The translations under genes were made by a program, and so were the position numbers. From a virus, in IMG/VR virus record IMGVR_UViG_3300047678_000239, positions 33,159 through 97,158 of that record: a DNA stretch of 64,000 nucleotides; one strand, written 5' to 3'. Shown here in pieces: positions 1-9,600 of the stretch. The first letter of the stretch is position 1. Every line of letters starts with the position of its first letter. The notes beneath the pieces were generated by a model. That model ran no database searches and was not told where the DNA came from. It saw only the letters and a list, made by a program, of their open reading frames with translations.

Positions 1-293
1 CCCGTCTTTGAGAACATTTTTTCATCCTGTTTGGTTCCCCAACGAATTTCTTTTTTACAAGAAGTGCATCGAACGTTTGTCTCTTCACGAACAATGTCCA
101 TAATTGGAGTGTGAGAGGTCTTTCCATAAGACTTTTGAATCCAAGTTTTACCCTTAGAATCGGTCCAAATTTCTCCTTCTTTTCGTGTGGAATTATCCTC
201 CACACCTTCATAGCCCACTTGAGTAATCGGCCTTTCGCCGTTCAAGTATTGCTGAACCATCTCAATATTCGATTTATTTTTTGCGTGTTTCAT
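1..293 (-). CDS. hypothetical protein, runs off the window's left edge; contains CxxC
   Basis: Manual translation from ATG at 293: MKHAKNKSNIEMVQQYLNGERP...GEIWTDSKGKTWIQK...CTSCKKEIRWG; open to position 1. Confidence 0.75.
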   Translation of the reverse strand, partial: MKHAKNKSNIEMVQQYLNGERPITQVGYEGVEDNSTRKEGEIWTDSKGKTWIQKSYGKTSHTPIMDIVREETNVRCTSCKKEIRWGTKQDEKMFSKT

Positions 294-325
294 AGTTACA
301 ACCGTGTAGTTATATATATGAAAAC

Positions 326-3178
326 TTAGAGGTTATCGCCCGAATTGGTTATTTTTTTATCTAACAAAAACCTCAATAGATAAATGATGTAACTTACTCC
401 CTTATAATTGGTAGAACCAATGGCTTCTTTGAGTTTCTTAAATTTATCTACCACAAACTTTATTTGTTGGTCAGTTTTTTCAGCGGTGTCTGGGTCAACC
501 GTTGGCTTTACTTTTTCCCATTGTTTTAATGTATCCAACAGTTCTTTTGAAGATGTGGCTACGGCATCGCTTGCTCTTTTGCGAATATTTTCCGAATCAA
601 GTCTGTCTCCATTTTCTCTGAGCTCTGCAAATACAGCCAATGCTATTTTATTTAAAGTGACTTCATCTGTTCCAGGCCCAACGGTTTGTCTAGCTGATTG
701 GATAGCCTTGTTTATAGTAGCGGCATGCGTGGTTTTAAATCCAAACACATTCTTCAAAAATTCTCCATCCAATACTTTTTCCAAGTTTCCAAGAGCTTTT
801 CTAGTTCCCCAGGTTTTTTCAGCGATTTGGTGAAATATTTCCGAAGTTCCTTTTATAAAAATATCTTCGTCTGGAAGCCTTATTTTCATCACAACCCCTT
901 CAACTGGATATTTTCCGTCGCCATGAGATAGGAATGAATTGATTTTCTCAGCATATTGATTCAATGAGCCTTGCAATTGCTTTCTAATGGTCAATATCAT
1001 CTTCTTGAGGGCGAGCTTCTCCGGTGTATCCTTCCTCGACCTCAATAATGTCATAGCTCCAGCTAATTTTTTAGGGTCTTCAATGAAATCTTGAACTCCA
1101 CTGAAATCGAATACAAGACCCTCTCTTGAAAGATTTCCATGTTGTAAAATGTTATACACCTTCCACTCCGGGTCTTCGGTGTTGATTATCATATTTAGAA
1201 TTCCATCGGATGTTGTATCTCCATCCTTACTCACAGCTCCAAAGCAAACAAATGCTCCTTTATTTCCCAATTTTGCTCTATTATATTTAGTTGAAGCAAA
1301 CACCACATCACCGAATTCATTTCCCTTGTGAGTCAATACCGGAAACATTTCTGATGTTATTTTGAAAAATCCATATTGCTTAAAGGCGGCCTGTAATCTC
1401 CTTTGGAACGGAACATAACTATTCAAAAACAGTAGTGCTTGATAAAAATGTGAAGTAAATGGATTGTTGAATCGTTCCGCTAAATCTACAGTTATTTCTC
1501 CGCTATTCGCTGATTCGAGATAGAATTTTCCGGATTGATTTAATCCAAACATACATGGTGAACCGTCAAGTTTTTCAGTGACGCTTACATTATCGTTGAC
1601 TGACAAATCCAATTTTCCCGACTTTACAAGAGGCTGAATTTTCTGAAGAAATCTAAGGAAAGCTCCGTCAGACATTTCACTTGTTCCATGAAATCTTTGA
1701 ATAGAAATCTTATCTTCTGTTAAACTCGGATTCTTTGAGTCTGTGTGGGCAGATATGCTTTCTTTGTATCCCTGAATTACTTTATCTCTTATTTCGGGAA
1801 ACTTAAATGAATTCGACTTGAACAGTGCGTAGACTTTTTCGAAGGTATCAATGTCGGAGAACGATTTATCGTCACCAAATAGAAATTTAGAGACAAAATT
1901 CATATCGTCGGATTTGAATTCTCTTGAAATTTCCTTTCTTTTACCCTTTGGAGTGAGTGTAAATTTTTGAAGATAAAAACCTTCTCCTGGGGTCAGCATG
2001 TATTTCTGTTTAACTCCTTCAATTGAGCCCTCATCTTCAATCAATTGAGCGAATATTTCCATTATGAAAAGATTTCTATACTTTGCTTTATATTCACTAC
2101 CTGGAGCTCCACTATACAGTTTATCTCTCCAATTTCTTTTTCCCAACATTATATCAAGTTGAACAAATGGTGTGGCGTCTTCTTTGTCCGCTCCAACAAA
2201 TTCTTGAGGAAATCCATTTGGTTGTTGAGCAATGCCCAATAAATGAATTTGATTTAGGCCTGGTGCAAAAACAAACGACTTTGGTGCTCCAATTTTTTCG
2301 AAATAAGCCTTAATCGCTGGAAACAATTCTTCTTTGGTTGGATTTACTTTTAAAAACTTTGCTAATTCATCTGAATCAATAGCGATGTCAATATCGCCCA
2401 TAATATCTTTTTGATGATTGCCGATTTTCGAATATTGAATTTTGTCCAAACCATATAGTTCGAGGGTATGAGAAATCGTGGAATCTAAATTACTTTGTTT
2501 GACCTGCGACACTCCTTGGTCAAACATGTTTCCACCTTCTTTCAGAGGAATCTTTTTTTCTGATTGGCTAAATTTCTTAAACATCAAATCTGACAATTTT
2601 AAATCATACCATCCAAATATCTGTTTAAATAAAGTCGGAGAATTTTGTGTGGCTATTAAATTTCGTATTTCCGTTCCGCTTAGTTCTCTACCAGAAACCT
2701 TAATAGAAGTGTGTGGTAACGTGAGAACATATCCATGTTTTTTGAAACCTTGTAAATTGTTTTTGTTTTTCTCATAATCTTGAAGATAGGTGGCCTCGCC
2801 GCTTTTCTTCGTTCCAATTACCAGTCTACCAGCATCCTTTTCACCAAATCCAAAAACAATAGCTGTGTCATCGCTTAGTTTTTCCGTTATTTCGACAGCT
2901 GAATATGGGCTCTTTGTTTGAATAATTTTATTTGCAGGAACTCCATACTTCATCCAAATTTTCTTTTTATCATCAAAATTAAGCGGACTCTTCGCTGGGT
3001 CGGTTAAATTTGATGTAGCGACGAATACGTTGTTGGCTCCAAATTTCGATACTAACCATTTATACGTTTCAAAATGGTGTAAGCCCGCAGGCTGAAATCG
3101 TCCAGGATAAATAGCGACAACTTTATCAGCGCCCATTTCCTCAATTAGAGATTCAATCAAACTGTCGGATAACGTCAT
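326..3178 (-). CDS. three-domain protein: HIGH-family cytidylyltransferase-like, Pol-beta nucleotidyltransferase-like and RNA-ligase-like domains
   Basis: YPGRFQPAGLHH...LSGTEIR; MGDIDIAID...VQLDIM; TEKLDGSP...SEMF...FVCF...VEGVVMK...IKG (ligase motifs I, III, IIIa, IV, V). Confidence 0.7.
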   Translation of the reverse strand: MTLSDSLIESLIEEMGADKVVAIYPGRFQPAGLHHFETYKWLVSKFGANNVFVATSNLTDPAKSPLNFDDKKKIWMKYGVPANKIIQTKSPYSAVEITEKLSDDTAIVFGFGEKDAGRLVIGTKKSGEATYLQDYEKNKNNLQGFKKHGYVLTLPHTSIKVSGRELSGTEIRNLIATQNSPTLFKQIFGWYDLKLSDLMFKKFSQSEKKIPLKEGGNMFDQGVSQVKQSNLDSTISHTLELYGLDKIQYSKIGNHQKDIMGDIDIAIDSDELAKFLKVNPTKEELFPAIKAYFEKIGAPKSFVFAPGLNQIHLLGIAQQPNGFPQEFVGADKEDATPFVQLDIMLGKRNWRDKLYSGAPGSEYKAKYRNLFIMEIFAQLIEDEGSIEGVKQKYMLTPGEGFYLQKFTLTPKGKRKEISREFKSDDMNFVSKFLFGDDKSFSDIDTFEKVYALFKSNSFKFPEIRDKVIQGYKESISAHTDSKNPSLTEDKISIQRFHGTSEMSDGAFLRFLQKIQPLVKSGKLDLSVNDNVSVTEKLDGSPCMFGLNQSGKFYLESANSGEITVDLAERFNNPFTSHFYQALLFLNSYVPFQRRLQAAFKQYGFFKITSEMFPVLTHKGNEFGDVVFASTKYNRAKLGNKGAFVCFGAVSKDGDTTSDGILNMIINTEDPEWKVYNILQHGNLSREGLVFDFSGVQDFIEDPKKLAGAMTLLRSRKDTPEKLALKKMILTIRKQLQGSLNQYAEKINSFLSHGDGKYPVEGVVMKIRLPDEDIFIKGTSEIFHQIAEKTWGTRKALGNLEKVLDGEFLKNVFGFKTTHAATINKAIQSARQTVGPGTDEVTLNKIALAVFAELRENGDRLDSENIRKRASDAVATSSKELLDTLKQWEKVKPTVDPDTAEKTDQQIKFVVDKFKKLKEAIGSTNYKGVSYIIYLLRFLLDKKITNSGDNL

Positions 3179-3181
3179 GAC

Positions 3182-3189
3182 TATAAATA
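3182..3189 (-). promoter_or_regulatory. late-promoter-like motif TATTTATA (coding strand)
   Basis: 3 nt upstream of the ATG at 3178; the motif recurs before more than 10 genes. Confidence 0.6.
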
Positions 3190-3369
3190 TTAAATAGGGT
3201 CTGACTTCGGTGGAGTTTGTTCTGGCTGAGACATAGCTAACTTAATTAGACTATCCACACATTGAATCGCTCCCTCTATGGCAATTGCAGTATTAGCAGC
3301 GTTTCTCTGTTGAGTCTGATAATTCTTTTTGATTTCAATTAATTCTTGAAGTGAGATTGTTTTTTCCAT
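3190..3369 (-). CDS. small hypothetical protein (59 aa)
   Basis: Manual translation MEKTISLQELIEIKKNYQTQQ...PKSDPI; fills the gap and is preceded by ATATTTATTT. Confidence 0.6.
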   Translation of the reverse strand: MEKTISLQELIEIKKNYQTQQRNAANTAIAIEGAIQCVDSLIKLAMSQPEQTPPKSDPI

Positions 3370-3409
3370 ACAAATAAATATATACAGAATTCAGAATAGA
3401 CCATTATAA

Positions 3410-3598
3410 TTAGGTATTGTCCGCTTCAAGAATGATTGTTGCGCCCGTTACATACGAAGCATCTGATGCTCTTCTCAATTCAACAAACAAAGTAGTTGAA
3501 CGGAATTGACCCAACGGAGCGGTTCTTCCCCAAGAACGGTCAAATGAAAGACTCATCCACGTATTGATAAGAGCCTGATGCTTTGAAGGATAACTCAT
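3410..3598 (-). CDS. small hypothetical protein, possibly fibre-associated
   Basis: 62-aa ORF starting 3 nt after the fibre gene's stop. Confidence 0.55.
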   Translation of the reverse strand: MSYPSKHQALINTWMSLSFDRSWGRTAPLGQFRSTTLFVELRRASDASYVTGATIILEADNT

Positions 3599-3601
3599 AC
3601 A

Positions 3602-6600
3602 TTATAGGCAAAGTCCATTGTAACTGTCTTGAACTATAATATCGATTCCAACAGTTGCTATATTGTTGTTAGCATCAGTGACGGTGACTTCAACAGGAAT
3701 TGTGTAATCGTCTCGACATGAGATACCAACACGGAACTTGGTCGTAGCAGATGTTGGAGAAACGGCCGGACCTGTCCATAGATATGTGTATGGAGCAACC
3801 CCATTGTGAGGAGTTGCTGTAACAGAAGCGGTATCATTTTCACAATATCCTCCAGCTGTATAACATCCAGCAAACAATGAAGATTGGTTAAGTGTGACTG
3901 ACAACGGAACTGGAGTAGGCGTTGGTGTCGGTGTTGGAGTAGGTGTTGGAGTAGGTGTTGGAGTTGGTCCAGGCGTAGAAGTAGGCGTAGGTGTCGGAGT
4001 AGGAGTTGGAGCTCCAGGCGTAGGCGTTGGAGTAGGAGTTGCCGTAGGTGTAGGTGTAGGTGTCGCCGGGACCACACTGTATTGATACCAAATATCTCCA
4101 TCACTTCCTCCTGATGGAGCTGAAGTTGAGATAAATCTGTTTCCTGTTGAATTGCTTCCAATCAGAGTTGTTCCGCCATCAATTGATACACCCGTAGTTG
4201 TTATTCTAAATCTTTCAACGCTTCCTGAGAAAACTCCCGAAGAAGAAAATGCACTATTTGAGTAGAATCTAAACGACCCCGTTCCGGATTGTATAAAGTC
4301 AAAGTGTCCGTCTTTACCAGCTCTTCTCAAAATGCGAGATTCACCATCAAGAAGTCTATTCGTTGAGTGGAAATCAATCCAAGTTGGAAATTGAGTATAA
4401 GATGTTTGTAATCCTCCAATTTCAAATCCAATACCACCCTGGTCAACACTTCCGGTTGGATTCTGTTCAAAGTTTGAATATGCTAGATTTACATTACCAC
4501 CATTTGTAACTACGAGCTGTCCACCGTTGATAGCAGAACCGAATACATTTCCAGCATTTATTGTAGCAGCATTTAATACAAGAGAAACGTTTACAGTTCC
4601 AGCATTGATTTTAGAAGCATCGATGTTTCTAATGTATGCCTGGTCCATATAAACTCCAGCTCCATCTACTGTAAATGGTGCTGTGTTTTGGGTTCCGGAA
4701 GCATTTACTATTTGAAATTTATCAACTTGAATAACAAAAGCTGACGCACTTCCTGCTCCACCAGCATTTGTCAAACGGAAACCAGCCACTCTGTTTCCAG
4801 CAGTTACGTTCAATACATACTCAGATGCTACAGAGCCACTCAACGTGGCTACAGCTGTTGAGGTTACGCTTACACTGGCCGAAGCATTGTTTGCCACAGC
4901 AGATACCGTTGATATTGATTGAGCTGCTGATGAACTATTTGATACAACTGTTCCTTGAAGAGTTGTTATTGTGGATGCTAGAGAAGATGAATTTGATGTA
5001 GCCGTTGCCGTCATCGTATCCATTCTCGACGCTTCCGACGAACTGTTTGTTGTGACGGTTCCCTTTAAAGTTGTGAACGTGCTTGAGAACGAAGAAGAGT
5101 TGTTTACAACACTGCTGTTGATTGTATCCATTCTTGTAGCGGCCGAAGAAGAATTGGATACAACCGTGTTAGCAATTGTTGCCATTGAGGCAGAATTGTT
5201 ATTTACAGTAGATGAAAGAGACGTTATTGTTGTAGCAAAAGACGAGGAATTCGATGATATTGTCGAATTCGTTGAAGTTATTGCGCTTGAAAATGAAGAT
5301 GAATTGGTCGTTACTGAGCTTCTAATTGCTGTCTCCGATATAGCAAAAGACGAAGAATTTGAAGTAACTGTGGCACCAAGTGTTACTATAGAAGCGGCCA
5401 GTGAAGACGAATTACTTGTGGCTGTTGACCTGATGGCAGTCTCAGAAACGGCAAATGATGCTGAATTCGAAATTATTGTAGAGTTGGCTGTTACTATACC
5501 GGCCGCTAGAGAAGCCGAAGCGGTAGTTGCGGATGCACTAACCGTTGTAATTGTTCCGGCTAAGGAGGAAGAATTACTTGCAACTGTAACGTTGGTTGAT
5601 GTGAGATTCGAAGAAAATGACGAGCTATTCGTGGTTACAGAGCTTCGTAGAGCAGTTTCTGAAGTTGAGAATGATTGAGAAACTGTTGTTATTGTTCCCT
5701 GAGTAGTTACTATTGAACTTGCCAGAGAAGCCGAGCCGCTGGTGTATGTAGAACTAATTACATCCATTCTCAAAGCGGCCGAGGACGAATTGGAAACTAC
5801 AGTTGAATTTGTCGTAGTCAGAGCACTTGAGAATGACGCTGAATTTGTCGTCGCTGCGCTTCTGATAGCTGTTTCGGACACAGCGAACGAAGACGAAACA
5901 TTAGTAACTGTTGCATTTGTTATAGCCAACGATGATGAAAATGATGCTGAATTGGTTACTACCGTTGAACTCAACGTATCAATTCTTCCAGCCAAAGACT
6001 GCGATGTGCTTGTGGCTGTTGTGTTCGTAGTGGTTATGGCACTTGAGAACGATGACGAATTGCTTGTCGCTGTGCTTCTTATAGCCGTTTCCGATGTGGC
6101 AAATGATTGAGAAACGGTCGTTATGGTGCCTTGAGTGGTTACAATACTTGCAGCCAAGGAGGCTGAACCGCTTGTGTAAGTTGCACTGATACTATCCAAT
6201 CTTCCCGCGGCAGAAGATGACGCTGTTGTAGCAGCCAAAGAAACGGTTGTTATTGATGCGGCTAATGAGGATGAATTGGTTGTTACATTTGAACTAATTG
6301 TATCCATTCTCGCCGCTGCTGAGGACGAGTTTGTGGTAACAGTCGAATTTAAAGTAGAAACGGTAGCAGCGTTGTTGTTGACCGTAGAGGTTAGAGCATT
6401 GACTGTTGTTGTAAACGAAGCTGAATTAGTCACCACAGCAGAGTTAACCGTTGTTATACTTGCAGCTAATGATGAAGAATTTGTGACTACCGAAGCACTT
6501 AGAGTAGTCGCTACCGTTGCTGCTGATGATGAATTTGACGCAATTGTTCCAGCTTGAGTGGTTATCAGTGATGAGAACGAAGAAGAATCTGATATAGCGT

Positions 6601-9600
6601 TTGCACTTAAAGTTGTTATTCTCGTAGAAACGGACGAACTTAGAGTCGTAGCCGCTGCTTGAGTTGTAACAATACTTGCTGCCAATGAGGCTGAAGCTGA
6701 GGTTGTTGAGGCTGACAGTGAATCGACTCTTCCAGCTAACGAGGACGAGGTTGTTGTTAACGAACCTTGAACAGAAATTATACTTGATACGAAAGAAGCT
6801 GACGCAATTGCTGTCGAACTACTGAGTGTAGATATGGATTGAGCCAAAGACGATGAATTTGATACAACGGTTCCTTGAGTGGTTGTGATACTTGCCGCCA
6901 AAGAAGATGAAGCGGTTGTTATACTCGACGCCAAAGTATCCAATCTAGTCGCAGCAGATGAAGAATTTGTGGTTACTGTAGCTTGTAAGGTGGTTATAAC
7001 CGCTGCAGCGGATGAGGAATTGGCCGTAACGGAACTTCTTAACGCCGTTTCAGAAACAGCAAATGACTGAGAAACGGTTGTTATAGTTCCTTGTGTTACT
7101 CCGATACTTGAAGATAACGAAGATGATGCCAATGCTATACTTGATGCCAAACTATCTTCACGAACCGCCACTGATGAAGAGTTGGTTATAACAGTTGATG
7201 ATAGACTTACAATTGAGGCTGCTAAAGAAGAAGAAGCATTTACCAAAGAGCCGCTAGTGGAAGTGATTCTTGTGGCTAATGAAGATGACGTTATTGTTAA
7301 CGTTGTGTTCGTAGTTACTATAGAAGCTGCCAACGAAGATGAATTGCTGGTCGCGGTTGAAGCGACTCCATCCAATCTAGAAGCAGCTGAAGATGACGCT
7401 GTTGTAGCAGCCAAAGAAACGGTTGTTATTGATGCAGCTAATGAGGATGAATTGGTTGTTTGTGTGGATGATAACGTGTCAATTCTTCCGGCCAGAGATG
7501 ACGATGCCGTTGTCTGTGCCAGCTGAACGTTTGTGATGTTTGCAGATATTGATGCAGAATCTAGTCCGATATATGATGCGGAAAGTGTCGATACTCTCAA
7601 GGCGATTGAGCTTGAGTTGGTAGAAATTGTTGTTGACAAGTTACCAATCGAAGAACTAAACGAAGAAGAAGAGGCCAAATACGAGCTATTCAATGTCGTA
7701 ACGGATAGAGCAATTGAACTAGAGTTCGTTGAAATTGCTGTAGATAATCCACCAATCGAAGAACTGAAAGAAGAAGAGGCCGTTGTATATGAACTGTTGA
7801 GGTTGGAAACAACAGCCGCAATTGAGCTCGAATTATTCGTAATTGTGGTTGTGAGAGAACCAACTGATGAACTAAACGAAGCAGAAGCGGCCACATACGA
7901 ACTGTTCAGGTTTGTTACAGTTAGAGCCACAGATGCCGAATTTGTTGTAATCGTTGTTGTAAGAGAACCAACCGATGAGCTGAATGACGCTGATGCGGCC
8001 ACATACGAACTGTTTAATGTGGTGACTCTGGCCGCCATAGAGCTCGAATTGTTAGTATCCGTTGTCGCCAAGGTTCCAATCGAAGAACTAAACGACGATG
8101 ATGCTGCCTGATAAGAGCTATTGAGGCTCGTAAATACAGACGCAATTGAAGATGAATTCGTTGTTACAGTTGTTGAAAGATTACCAATCGAAGAACTAAA
8201 CGACGATGATGCGGCAGTAAAGGAACTGTTCAAACTCGTTACAACAATTGCCGCGGAACTTGAGTTTGTGGCTATAGTCGAACTCAATGTATTAATTGAT
8301 GAACTTAGTGACGATGACGCGGCTAAATAAGAGCTATTGAGATTGGATACAACAAGAGCAATTGAACTAGAATTTGTCGTTACACTTGTCGTTAATGAAC
8401 CAATTGAGGAACTGAATGAAGAAGATGCCGCTGTGTAAGATGTATTTAGATTTGATACAACCAACGCGACGGATGCTGAATTCGTTGTTATCGTGGTGGA
8501 TAGACTTCCAATCGAAGAGCTAAATGAAGATGATGCTGTTGTATAAGAACTATTCAAAGTTGTTACACGGAGAGCCATCGAACTTGAATTATTGGTATCG
8601 GTTGTAATCAACGAACCAACGGAAGAACTAAGTGAAGATGAGGCGGCTAAATATGAGCTATTTAGGCTTGTGAACACAGCAGCAATTGACGATGAATTAT
8701 TCGTAATTGTGGTTGTGAGAGAACCAACTGATGAACTCAATGATGCTGAGGCGGCTAGGTAAGAAGAATTTATGTTATCCGTCTTCAATGCCATCGATTG
8801 AGAAAAGGTCGTCTGGGTCGAATTTGTTGAGGTTATCGACGCTGCAAGAGATGAAGAATCTGTGGTTACTCTTGATGAAAGATTGTTGAATTGTGAAGCA
8901 AGAGATGATGATGTATCAGTCAACTGCTGTTGAATATTCAAAACTTGTGTTTCAATTGAACCTGAGTTGGTTGAGAAAGAACCAGACAACAACGTAATCT
9001 GCAAAGCTAGAGAAGCTGATTGGGTTGTGAAAACTCCTTGCATCGTTGTCATGGATGCAGCCAATGACGCTGATGTGGTGGTGGTTGTGGCCGAAATTGA
9101 ATCTGCTCTACCAGCAAAAGAAGAACTGTTTGTTATTATCGTTCCTTGAACCGTGCTAATGGATGCGGATTGATTTAACAGAGAACTTGATTGAATAATT
9201 ACACTTCCCGACAATCTCGATAACGACGAACTGACTATTGAGAGAGACGATGAAGTGGTCGTAGTAATTGCCGTCAATGAGCTAGAAACGGTTGTTAATA
9301 GCGAAGCGGACGCTCCAGCAGCTGCTCCAAGAACAGACAGCCCGGTTGCCAATGAAGATGAAATAGTAACTAATGATGCTGATGTCTCTGTTGAGTTTAT
9401 GCTCACCGACGAAAGAGAAGAAGATATGGCCGTGGATGCTATAGAAGTCGAAGACGACACCGCTAAGCTTGTTGCTGTCAAGGACGAAGACAGAGACGTT
9501 CTAGCCGTTGAATCTGATGCGGACAATGACGTTACCGCTGCAGATGTTGAGGAGGATATAGCAGAATTCGTGACGGTCAACGAAGACGATAGAGAAGCCA

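Noticed and set aside
1750-2540. CBASS/CD-NTase or toxin-antitoxin interpretation of the NTase domain
   Set aside because: No effector, HEPN or Cap genes lie nearby, and the fusion context points elsewhere.
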